Below are positions 25,490 to 33,761 of a stretch of DNA of 64,000 nt, in pieces (position 1 is the stretch's first letter; each line of letters opens with the position of its first letter). Under the pieces are notes generated by a model, which ran no database searches, had not been told where the DNA came from, and worked only from the letters and a program-made list of their open reading frames with translations. The translations under genes and the position numbers were made by a program. Origin of the DNA: Candidatus Micrarchaeota archaeon (GTDB lineage: Archaea > Micrarchaeota > Micrarchaeia > Micrarchaeales > CABMGC01); NCBI GenBank assembly GCA_021818925.1, contig JAKASU010000001.1, positions 295,972 to 359,971 on the forward strand. Reading direction: 5' to 3'.

Positions 25490-25564
25490 TGGGCCCGGAG
25501 AGATTTGAACTCTCGACCTTCCGATTATCAGTCGGACGCTCCAACCAGGCTAAGCTACGAGCCC
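25490..25564 (-). tRNA. tRNA-Ile (anticodon GAU)
   Basis: GGGCUCG-UA-GCUU..GAGC-G-UCCGA-CUGAUAA-UCGGA-AGGUC-GAGAG-UUCAAAU-CUCUC-CGGGCCC-A. Full cloverleaf folded by hand, with no intron and no encoded CCA. Confidence 0.9.
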
Positions 25565-25601
25565 ACGCTTATCTCTCGCAGCTCAGTTTATAATTGCTTT
25601 T

Positions 25602-27161
25602 CTATCTCCAGAGCAGGTTATAGGACAGGCACTGAGCCGAGAGGATGTTGCTGCTCACCGTCTGGTTGTAGTTAGAAGGGGTGAGCGCGTTGAAGAGCAG
25701 CGAGTAGAACCAGTCGTAGCTCATGCACGAGGCGCTGTACTTCGGAAGGTCCACGGCCGGAATAACTAGGTACGTGCCGCTGATGACCTCTGACGAGTTG
25801 GAGATTGAGAGAGCCAGGTTGGTGTTGTACACCAGGAACTCGGTGTTGTTGGAGATCAGGTCGATCACCTGGTCCTCCGCACCCCTGGCATTGAAGAACC
25901 TCCGTTCGCCAAGAACCCGGTTGTTCTGCGACAGCCCCTCTAGGGTGTTGCTGTTCGGCCCGCTCATTATCAGCAGAAGCGCGTTGGTGGAGTTTATCGT
26001 GTTGTTTGTCAGAGTTGCGAATATGCTGGTTGCATTAGAGTTTGCTATCACCAGGTAGATGAACTTGCCTTTGGTCAGGACGCCCTGTACCGCTGCGGCG
26101 GTCTGGTTGTTGCTGTAGTTGAACTGCTCCACATGCTGGAGTGCCATGGGCGAGATCGCAAGCGCCGTCGAATAGTTGAACGTGATGAGCAGGTAGATTA
26201 TGCTAAAGGCGAACGCGGCCGCTATGGGAAGCACGTTGACTTTCGTGCTGCGCGCCCTACTCCTGGCTCTCGAGGCCCTCGCTATACCGAGCCCGAAGAA
26301 CCTTGAGATCAGGATCATCACCACTATCACTGCATAGAACAGAATAACGCCTATGAAGTTGTGGATCAGCAGCGCGGTGGCGTTGGGGCCGTAATCCAGC
26401 CACACCATCGATATGCCAAGCATCCTGGCGATATTGAGCAGGAAGAGAAGTAATATTCCTGCAGATACCCACTTTGCCTTGTCGCGCATCTTGCCGTTGA
26501 AGAAGAACGCGAGTGGAATCAGGAACAACGCCAGCGCCACGAATATGCCAAGGCTCACGCACGTCTGCCCTATGCCTATCGAGTAGCCGTTTGCGCTGAT
26601 CGTTATCGGCGCTGAGTACTGCACCGCTGCCACGAACGGCTTCAGTAGGCCGTAGACTATGAGCGTATTGAGCTGCACGAATGCTCCGGACTGTAGAAGC
26701 AGAGGAAGCAACACCGCTGGAGAAGCGAGAAGCGAGTAGGCGATCGCGGCCCTGAAGCGCCTCACGTTCTCCGTGCCGAAGGTCAGGGACACGAGTGCGA
26801 AGAGGGCAAGCGGCATGAGCAGCATGTCTATCCTGAAGCTGATGAAGAAGATAGAGAAGTAGAGACGCAGTACGATGGCCAGCACGATGAAGAGCGCGAA
26901 CGCCGCTGCGCCGAAGATCGCGCTCCTCTTGTTTACTTTCGGCTCGGGCCTTGACTTGAGCGAGAACAGCAGGAACAGCGGGAGCATGAGGAGGGGCACT
27001 ACCACGTACGTTGAGGGGTCTGCATCGCTTACCGTGGCCGAGGTTATGTACAACGACGTGGAAAGCGTGATGATTGTTGCGGCAACAAGGAGCACGGCGG
27101 CGATGTTCCTGTTGTAGCGCATTGTATCATCATTGTCCTCAGCCGATATAGACCTCATCAA
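25602..27161 (-). CDS. archaeosortase/exosortase-family membrane protein with extra C-terminal extracytoplasmic domain
   Basis: Polytopic protein with the ordered Cys...Arg...His triad in TM context: IGQTCVSLGIF, then (about 45 aa) LLNIARMLGI, then (about 22 aa) LIHNFIGVILF. A C-terminal NxS/T-rich domain of about 190 aa follows a further TM. Confidence 0.5.
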   Translation of the reverse strand: MMRSISAEDNDDTMRYNRNIAAVLLVAATIITLSTSLYITSATVSDADPSTYVVVPLLMLPLFLLFSLKSRPEPKVNKRSAIFGAAAFALFIVLAIVLRLYFSIFFISFRIDMLLMPLALFALVSLTFGTENVRRFRAAIAYSLLASPAVLLPLLLQSGAFVQLNTLIVYGLLKPFVAAVQYSAPITISANGYSIGIGQTCVSLGIFVALALFLIPLAFFFNGKMRDKAKWVSAGILLLFLLNIARMLGISMVWLDYGPNATALLIHNFIGVILFYAVIVVMILISRFFGLGIARASRARSRARSTKVNVLPIAAAFAFSIIYLLITFNYSTALAISPMALQHVEQFNYSNNQTAAAVQGVLTKGKFIYLVIANSNATSIFATLTNNTINSTNALLLIMSGPNSNTLEGLSQNNRVLGERRFFNARGAEDQVIDLISNNTEFLVYNTNLALSISNSSEVISGTYLVIPAVDLPKYSASCMSYDWFYSLLFNALTPSNYNQTVSSNILSAQCLSYNLLWR

Positions 27162-27241
27162 ATTTCAGCAGTTACTCTGTTCTTCACAGGACACGCTAAT
27201 AAGGAAATCAGCATTATATAAACGTATTGCGGATTGAGAGC

Positions 27242-27682
27242 ATGGAAAGGAGGAGGTTCAGGTACCTTCCGCACACGGCAGACATCGCGTTCGTTGCATA
27301 CGGCGACAGTTTCAAGGCGCTGATTGAGAACTCGGCGCTGGCAACCATAGGGCTAATGTTCGACACGAAGGCCATAAAGAATGAGAAGGGCACGGTGAAG
27401 ACTGCGAGAATAACTGAGAGGGCGCGCAGCAGGGAGGACGCGCTGTGGTTCATCCTGCAGGACATAGTCTCGAAAGTTGACCAGAAGAAGCTTAACGCTT
27501 TCTCCTTCAAGGTAAACCGCCTGAGCGAAAAGGAAGACGCGATAACGATACGCGGCTGCATCTTCTACAAGCGCGTGAAAAGGTACGTGGCGCTGCTGGA
27601 CGTGAAGGCGGTGACGCCCCACACGCTTGAGGTTAAGCGTTCGGGAAGGGGATATAGGGCGCACGTCCTTGTTGACGTCTAG
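27242..27682 (+). CDS. archease (RtcB tRNA-ligase cofactor)
   Basis: MERRRFRYLPHTADIAFVAYGDSFKALIENSALA...VKAVTPHTLEV. HTAD(I/V) N-terminal signature and typical size. The track start at 27227 is an alternative. Confidence 0.8.
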   Translation: MERRRFRYLPHTADIAFVAYGDSFKALIENSALATIGLMFDTKAIKNEKGTVKTARITERARSREDALWFILQDIVSKVDQKKLNAFSFKVNRLSEKEDAITIRGCIFYKRVKRYVALLDVKAVTPHTLEVKRSGRGYRAHVLVDV

Positions 27683-27742
27683 GCACAGGAAGCAGGAATC
27701 AGATTTTAAAGAGTATGCATTGTATGCTAATCGAGTGGTAGG

Positions 27743-28111
27743 ATGGCGAAAAAGGGAAATGCACAGCTTGGTGGAGCCCTAACCTTCTTGGGCTCTTTGG
27801 TGTACCTGTACGTGTACTTTACATGGTACAGCAGCGGATATGCGGCGAGCGGATGGCTGAGCATGGCGTCGTTTTTGGCCCCGTTGATTGTGGGCTTCGC
27901 GCTATTCAGCGCAGTGACGCTGTTCTTCATCGGACTGGGCAGCATGGCAGGCAAGATGCCCCATGATGCAAAGAGGACGAAGGACGTGCTCTGGAAGTTC
28001 GTGACCATAGCTGCGGTCGCGTTCGTGATAATAACAGGAGGAAGCGGCTGGTACTACTGGGCGGTTCTTGCGCTTCTGCTGACATACATAGGCGCGATGT
28101 TCGCGTACTAG
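27743..28111 (+). CDS. small 4-TM membrane protein
   Basis: 122-aa ORF with four hydrophobic helices and no recognisable motif. Confidence 0.45.
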   Translation: MAKKGNAQLGGALTFLGSLVYLYVYFTWYSSGYAASGWLSMASFLAPLIVGFALFSAVTLFFIGLGSMAGKMPHDAKRTKDVLWKFVTIAAVAFVIITGGSGWYYWAVLALLLTYIGAMFAY

Positions 28112-28155
28112 AAGGAGCTGCGAGCAACAGGTTTTGCTTTCTTCGCGAATAGCAG

Positions 28156-28226
28156 AGCCAGGAGAGGGAGTCGAACCCTCCTTTACCGCTCTGCAGGCGG
28201 TCGCATAGCCGATCTGCCATCCTGGC
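28156..28226 (-). tRNA. tRNA-Cys (anticodon GCA)
   Basis: GCCAGGA-UG-GCAG..AUGC-G-ACCGC-CUGCAGA-GCGGU-AAAG-GAGGG-UUCGACU-CCCUC-UCCUGGC-U. Folded by hand, 71 nt, with a G13:A22 mismatch. Confidence 0.9.
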
Positions 28227-28276
28227 GAATGTGTATTTAATCCTTATCAGGGGAATATTTTAAAGGGAAAGGTTCC

Positions 28277-29443
28277 ATGCCCGAGTTATTTGAATCGATG
28301 CCAAAGGAGTTCGTCTCAAGCACCTCGTTCTACGATTACAAGACGCCGGTGACCGAGACGCTAGACAAGGTGAGGAAGCAGGGGGCCGTCGTGGTGCTGC
28401 GAGACAGGGAGTACTACGGCGTTGTCGACGACAGATCGCTGTTCAGGAACCGCACCCTGAAGCCGCTAAGCTTCTCCAAGAGCTTCTCTGTGGGCAAGCT
28501 TGCCAGAAAACTGCCGGTCCTCGATTCCGAGACCTCGCTCGGCATGCTCATAGGCTACTTCCACGACTTCTCTGCCAAGGCGCTTCCGTACCAGGAGGGA
28601 AACAGGATAACAGGCGTTGTGAAGCGAAGCGTAGTCGTCAGCACGATACTGTCGCTGCACATGCTTTCCAAGGCGAAGGTATCAGACATCATGTCGTCTC
28701 CTGTGATAGGCATAGACAGCAAGGCCAACATCGCTCAGGCTATGAGCACGATGTCGAAAAACAACATAGCTAGGCTTGTCGTCCTGGACGGGAGGGAGAG
28801 GCTTCTGGGACTGCTCTCCTTGCGTGACATATCTGACACGCTCACGAAGCCGCAGGAGAAGCTTCCGGAGAGGAAGTCGTACACATTCTCGCCTTCGAAC
28901 ATATCGGTGGACAGCATGATGCAGTCGCCCGTCTTAACCATTGAATTTGACAGGCAGGCAGAGGAGGCGGCGAAGCAGCTGCTCGAGAAGCACGTGTCAT
29001 CGCTGGTGGTCACACGCAACTCCAAGCCCATAGGCATCGTTTCGGTGAGGGACGTCATAGAGAGCGCTGCAGCCACCACCGCGAAGACGCAGAGCAGGGT
29101 CATCGTCTCGGGGCTCGACGAGAGCACGAGGGAGTACGAGCAGGACCTGCGCGACGAGATCAACAGGATGGTCTCGAAGATAGACAGGTTCGAGCACACT
29201 GACGTGGACTACATCTCGGTGAACGTGAAGAGGCACAGGGAGAGGAACTATGAGATGCACGCTAGGCTCGCGCTTCGAAGGCGCGGAGTTGTCTTCGCGC
29301 ACGCCTCGGGCTACTCGCTCGAGAGCACGCTCTCGGCGCTGCTCGCAAGCGTATACAAGCGCGTGCGCGAGAGGAAGGAGAGCTTCCTCAGCGGCAGGAG
29401 GCACGCGGAAAGGAGGTATGGGGAAGAAGAGGAAGAGGAGTAG
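28277..29443 (+). CDS. CBS-domain protein (two CBS pairs) fused to a C-terminal HPF/RaiA (S30AE)-like domain
   Basis: Repeated CBS-like units (e.g. VSDIMSSPVIGIDSKANIAQAMSTMSKNNIARLVVLDG, VDSMMQSPVLTIEFDRQAEEAAKQLLEKHVSSLVVT). The C-terminal ~100 aa, VIVSGLDESTREYEQDLRDEINRMVSKIDRFEHTDVDYISVNVKRH..YEMHARLALRRRGVVFAHASGYSLESTLSALLASVYKRVRERKE plus an EEEEEE tail, is collinear with the YfiA/HPF pattern. Confidence 0.6.
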   Translation: MPELFESMPKEFVSSTSFYDYKTPVTETLDKVRKQGAVVVLRDREYYGVVDDRSLFRNRTLKPLSFSKSFSVGKLARKLPVLDSETSLGMLIGYFHDFSAKALPYQEGNRITGVVKRSVVVSTILSLHMLSKAKVSDIMSSPVIGIDSKANIAQAMSTMSKNNIARLVVLDGRERLLGLLSLRDISDTLTKPQEKLPERKSYTFSPSNISVDSMMQSPVLTIEFDRQAEEAAKQLLEKHVSSLVVTRNSKPIGIVSVRDVIESAAATTAKTQSRVIVSGLDESTREYEQDLRDEINRMVSKIDRFEHTDVDYISVNVKRHRERNYEMHARLALRRRGVVFAHASGYSLESTLSALLASVYKRVRERKESFLSGRRHAERRYGEEEEEE

Positions 29444-29900
29444 GATGAAGCTGCAGTCGAGTTTCGAGTTGCTGGTAACGCTAGCGTTCGGTCTCGCGAT
29501 ACTGCTCCCTCTGGTCATAATCGCTTTCATACAGCTGGCGGGGGCGAACGCAAACCTCTCTTCGATAGAGTCGCAGCAGGCAGCGAGCAAGCTGGCGAGC
29601 GTGGCGACGCTGATCGGCAGCCAGGGGCCGCCCGCGAAGCAGCTCGTGCAGATACAGGTGCCGCCGAACGTGAGGTTCATCTACGTGGGCAACGTCAACA
29701 ACACCGTGGGCCATGAGATAATCTTCGTGATCACGTCCCCGTCGGGGCTCAGCTACATTACCTCTTACACGCCGGTGAACGTAAGCGGCAGCCTGGGGGG
29801 CATAACCTCTACCGGAGCGTATCTCGTGAACGTCACAGCGACCTCGTCGTGCCCCAGCAACAACCAGGAGCCTTGCGTGTACATGACGCCGAAGGTATAG
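29418..29900 (+). CDS. prepilin-like protein (class III signal peptide)
   Basis: GGAGG at 29412-29416 precedes ATG 29418: MGKKRKRSRMKL|QSSFELLVTLAFGLAILLPLVIIAF. ATG 29445 is an alternative start. The long track start at 29250 lies inside the CBS gene and is unlikely. Confidence 0.65.
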   Translation: MGKKRKRSRMKLQSSFELLVTLAFGLAILLPLVIIAFIQLAGANANLSSIESQQAASKLASVATLIGSQGPPAKQLVQIQVPPNVRFIYVGNVNNTVGHEIIFVITSPSGLSYITSYTPVNVSGSLGGITSTGAYLVNVTATSSCPSNNQEPCVYMTPKV

Positions 29901-29901
29901 G

Positions 29902-32900
29902 ATGCGCACAATGAAGCTTCAGATCGCACTGGAATACATGATCATATTCACATTCGTGCTCGTCGTGTTCCTCTTCCTCTTTGCGCTCGTGGCAAGCCAG
30001 CGTGCGCAGACATCAAGCAGCCAGGTGTACTCGCAGGAACAGCTCATAGCTCAAAGCGTTGCTACACAGATAGACACGGCCCTACGGGCTGGAAACGGCT
30101 ACACGGCGAGGGTGCCGGTGACTGGAGCGATAGGCACGCTGGCATACCAGCTCCTAATTACAAAGAACGGAGGGGTGATAGTCAACGCCACCGTGGGCAA
30201 CCAGGCGCTGCAGGCGTTCGCATTCAGCACAGCGAGGAACGTAGTGTCAAGCAGTTCCTACCTTCAGGCAAATACATTCTACTACAACCTGCCCATAGCG
30301 AACGGCACGCTTGTCATACAGAACTCGTTCGGGACGATATGCGTTGATTACTACTCCTGCCCGAACTCGAGCACCCAGGCCACGAACGTCAGCCTGTCGA
30401 GCCAGGTGGTGCACGCTGCGCAGTTCAACGGAGCGAGCAGCAAGGTAACTATGGGTGCTTTGGGTACAACTAATGTTATTTCTATTACAGCATGGGTCTA
30501 CTTTACTAGTTTCCCTACGGCTCCTGTCACTGCAGGCATAGCGGGGATTGGTTCTAGTGGGGCGACTGGCGACGGATTTGACCTCGAAATCTGTGGTGCA
30601 GGTTATGTCAATGTTCACATACAGAGTCAGGGGAGTCAATGCGCAACAGCGGTACCTCAAATTAGCCTGAATACTTGGGAGTTTGTAGCCGCAACAGAAA
30701 CAAGTGGCACTGTCACAGTCTACGTGGGAACAACAAGCGGAGTATATGCGACAGGGGTAGCAACAAGCAGGACGAGCCAACCGTTGGCAATTGGTTACGA
30801 CCCGCTATGTTGTGCGAATGGCTATGCTAATGCACGAATCGCAAACGTCCAAATTTATAATAGCGCCCTGTCTGCATCGCAGGTTCAGCAGCTCTACCAA
30901 GAGGGCATAACCGGAAATCCGATAGCTCCAGCCAACGTAGTCGGCTGGTGGCTGCTCAACGGAAACGCGAATGACTACAGCGGACAGGGAAACAATGGAG
31001 TTATTAACGGTCCGTTGCTGTTTCCAGCAGTGGCAGAATTGTTTGCAAAAGTCACGAATCAAGTAGGATATGCTATCTCAAACGCCCTCGTGGGGTTCAC
31101 GACGACGCTAGGTGTGCTCAACGGGAACGCGATTCCTGCAAATCAAGTCTACACAAACTACACAAACGCCAACGGCATCGCGGTCGCGTTCCTCAACCAG
31201 CAAGGCAACAACGGCCAGGCGCTGGTGAAGGCAACAGCTTACAATGGAAATACCGCCCTTACCGCCAATCTGGTCGGCTGGTGGCCTATGAATCTCGGGC
31301 AGGGAAACACTACCTTTGACCTGAGCGGGAACGGGAATGCTGGCTCTATCGAAGGCGGGGCCGGATGGAGCAATCCCAATTACGTTGCTGGCTTTAATGG
31401 AAACACTAGCTATGTAAGAACAAACAATGCCCTATCTACTTCAACGAGCACACTAACTGTTGGCGTATGGGTATACCCGACCGCGAGCGGAGGGAACAGG
31501 GGCATAGTAGGACAGGGAGACTTTGGCACCGATTACTGGAATCTGAAAACCTCAGGTACAAAGTATGACTTTGTTATATACGGGATAAAGGACAATACCT
31601 TTGGCACCTTGGTGCTAAACAAATGGTCATTCCTCACTGCAACATACAACGGTGCAGTTGTCAATCTGTACGTAAACGGTGTACAGACAGCAAGCTACTC
31701 GGAGAGCGCGACTCTTGTCACATCGAACAGTCTCTACTTCGGCTACACTCCTGGCTCTGACATCCCTCCTCTCTACTTCGGCGGAAACATGGCCAACGTA
31801 CAGGTGTATAACTCTGTTCTTTCACAGCAACAGATATCGCAGCTTTATCAAGAGGGCATCTCCGGCCCTCCGGTCGGAAACATGGCCCTGGACGGCTGGT
31901 GGCCGCTCAACGGCAACGCGAACGACTACAGCGGAAACGGGTTCAACGGGACGATTTACGGGAACCTCAGATTCTCATCATCGCCTACCGCTACAGATGG
32001 AGGGAATAACGCCACCGGTGTTATTGCCGCCAGCTTCAACGGAGTCGCAGACATAAGTGTCCCTGCTGCAACATCATTGAACGCAAGCAGCATAGCGGTG
32101 TCTGCGTGGGTCAACCCCTATGCCTCCGGAGACCAGGCGATCATCTCCAAGTCTAACACGTGCGGAGGTGGGATAGATAACGGCTGGGTCCTTGAGCTGA
32201 TAAACAACTATCCTTCGGTGTGGATATACGGAGTTACATCCGGGTGGGTAAGCAGCAGCACACTAGCAGTTGCCACAAATGCGCTATCGGATGTAGGCTT
32301 CACATACGCTTCCGGACGCCTTACTTTCTACGTAAATGGCCAGAACTCCACCGTCACCACGACAACCTCCAACGATCTGCCGCTAAACGACGTCAACCTT
32401 CTCATTGGAAACCAGGGCGCATGCAACCTCTTCCACGGCAACATCTCGAATGTGCAGATGTACAATACAGCACTCACCTCTAGGCAGATGCAGCAGGTAT
32501 ATGGCATGGGCCAGGCAGGATTGCCGCTTGCCAATTCAAGTCTGGTGGCTTGGTGGCCGCTCAACGGCAACTCCAACGATTACAGCGGAAAGGGGAACAA
32601 TGGAACGGCGTACAATGTAATTTACTCTGCGCAGCAGGCGACGCTACCGAATGCGCCAGTGGTTCTCTCAGGGTCAGGGATAGGCTTAAATGGCGAAAAC
32701 GGCTACATGAATGTGCCAGCTTCTGGCTCGATAGACTCATGGAGCACGTTTACAATCGGTGCGTGGGTATATTTCAGGTCTCAGGGATTTGAGCATATAG
32801 TAGCAGAGAGACCGGTTTCGGGCCCATACAATTTCGATTTATGGATGGGTGCTACGGGGTACAAGCTCAGGCTGGGCATATATGCTGGAGGAGGGCAGAT

Positions 32901-33225
32901 TTATATGACGGACGCGCAGCCGGGAACAACAATGCAACCAGGAACCTGGTACTACGTCGTTGGAGAATACGATGGCACCGATCTTTACACATACCTAAAC
33001 GGCGCCCTCGACTACACTCTCGGCGCAAGCGGAGCGACAAACCAGGGAAGTGAGGCGCTTACGGTAGGCAGCGCGGCGTATGACGGAGGTCACTACTGCA
33101 ACTGCGCAATAAGCAACGTGCAACTCTATAACTCTGCGCTTTCGAGCAACCAGATAGAGCAGTTGTACCTTTCGCAGACGCCTCCAAGCGCGAGCGCTGT
33201 GATACCGCTGAGTTGGTTCCCATGA
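29902..33225 (+). CDS. giant prepilin-like surface protein with four LamG (concanavalin A-like lectin) modules
   Basis: N-terminus MRTMKL|QIALEYMIIFTFVLVVFLFLFAL. Four modules end in (A/S)NVQ(I/V/M/L)YN(S/T)AL..Q(V/I/M)QQ(L/V)Y and are linked by WWPLNGNANDYSG.GNNG, the Laminin_G_3-type signature. Confidence 0.75.
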   Translation: MRTMKLQIALEYMIIFTFVLVVFLFLFALVASQRAQTSSSQVYSQEQLIAQSVATQIDTALRAGNGYTARVPVTGAIGTLAYQLLITKNGGVIVNATVGNQALQAFAFSTARNVVSSSSYLQANTFYYNLPIANGTLVIQNSFGTICVDYYSCPNSSTQATNVSLSSQVVHAAQFNGASSKVTMGALGTTNVISITAWVYFTSFPTAPVTAGIAGIGSSGATGDGFDLEICGAGYVNVHIQSQGSQCATAVPQISLNTWEFVAATETSGTVTVYVGTTSGVYATGVATSRTSQPLAIGYDPLCCANGYANARIANVQIYNSALSASQVQQLYQEGITGNPIAPANVVGWWLLNGNANDYSGQGNNGVINGPLLFPAVAELFAKVTNQVGYAISNALVGFTTTLGVLNGNAIPANQVYTNYTNANGIAVAFLNQQGNNGQALVKATAYNGNTALTANLVGWWPMNLGQGNTTFDLSGNGNAGSIEGGAGWSNPNYVAGFNGNTSYVRTNNALSTSTSTLTVGVWVYPTASGGNRGIVGQGDFGTDYWNLKTSGTKYDFVIYGIKDNTFGTLVLNKWSFLTATYNGAVVNLYVNGVQTASYSESATLVTSNSLYFGYTPGSDIPPLYFGGNMANVQVYNSVLSQQQISQLYQEGISGPPVGNMALDGWWPLNGNANDYSGNGFNGTIYGNLRFSSSPTATDGGNNATGVIAASFNGVADISVPAATSLNASSIAVSAWVNPYASGDQAIISKSNTCGGGIDNGWVLELINNYPSVWIYGVTSGWVSSSTLAVATNALSDVGFTYASGRLTFYVNGQNSTVTTTTSNDLPLNDVNLLIGNQGACNLFHGNISNVQMYNTALTSRQMQQVYGMGQAGLPLANSSLVAWWPLNGNSNDYSGKGNNGTAYNVIYSAQQATLPNAPVVLSGSGIGLNGENGYMNVPASGSIDSWSTFTIGAWVYFRSQGFEHIVAERPVSGPYNFDLWMGATGYKLRLGIYAGGGQIYMTDAQPGTTMQPGTWYYVVGEYDGTDLYTYLNGALDYTLGASGATNQGSEALTVGSAAYDGGHYCNCAISNVQLYNSALSSNQIEQLYLSQTPPSASAVIPLSWFP
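30943..30983 (+). repeat. LamG inter-module linker DNA repeat (copy a)
   Basis: ggctggtggctgctcaacggaaacgcgaatgactacagcgg, with 4 mismatches to the copy at 31894. Confidence 0.7.
31894..31934 (+). repeat. LamG inter-module linker DNA repeat (copy b)
   Basis: ggctggtggccgctcaacggcaacgcgaacgactacagcgg. Confidence 0.75.
32548..32588 (+). repeat. LamG inter-module linker DNA repeat (copy c)
   Basis: gcttggtggccgctcaacggcaactccaacgattacagcgg. Confidence 0.7.
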
Positions 33226-33761
33226 AGGCACAGTTCTGGTCGTTCGATGTCATCTTCGCCATGATCATATTCGGATCGGCGCTGATACTCCTGACGTTCG
33301 TCTGGGTGAACATCAGCAGCCAGTACGACACCGCGTACAGCTTCGGACTGGAGACCATGCAGGCTCAGCTGCAGAGCCTTCAGAGCAGGATACTCTCACA
33401 GGGCGTACCTTCGGACTGGAACTCTGCGGTGAATATCACGAACACAGGCACATGGTCCAACGTGAGCGTCGGCCTCGGTACGGGAGCGGGAAGCGCGCTG
33501 TCGATGAACAAGATCGCCACTCTCGCGGCCATGTCAAACTACAACACAATCACTTACCAGTCCACCAAGCAGCTGCTAGGGGTGGGCTACGACTGGTACA
33601 TTGCTATAAACTACAGCAATTCGACTCTTGCCGCGGGGCTTTACCCCTACACAAGGGATCCCTATGCGATTCAGGTGGCGAGGCAGTCTGCTGTGCTGAA
33701 CGGCGTGCCAGTGAGCGTGCAGATAATACTCTGGACTAACAAGAGCTTCGGTGTTAGCTGA
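33213..33761 (+). CDS. prepilin-like protein (class III signal peptide)
   Basis: MVPMKA|QFWSFDVIFAMIIFGSALILLTFVWV. 182 aa, overlaps the upstream gene by 13 nt. Confidence 0.65.
   Translation: MVPMKAQFWSFDVIFAMIIFGSALILLTFVWVNISSQYDTAYSFGLETMQAQLQSLQSRILSQGVPSDWNSAVNITNTGTWSNVSVGLGTGAGSALSMNKIATLAAMSNYNTITYQSTKQLLGVGYDWYIAINYSNSTLAAGLYPYTRDPYAIQVARQSAVLNGVPVSVQIILWTNKSFGVS

Noticed and set aside
20383-25490. Looked for att-type direct repeats of the tRNA-Ile 3' end at the left island border, and for an integrase or recombinase gene
   Set aside because: I found no copy of the tRNA 3' segment (ggcccggagagatttgaac...) near 20.4-20.7 kb, and none of the eight island ORFs has integrase-like motifs. 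The mobile-element call therefore stays low-confidence and rests on composition and context only.
28997-29680. 227-aa minus-strand ORF across the CBS/HPF-like gene end and the first pilin-like gene
   Set aside because: It is a shadow ORF. The plus-strand genes have an SD-like GGAGG, a class III signal and domain motifs.
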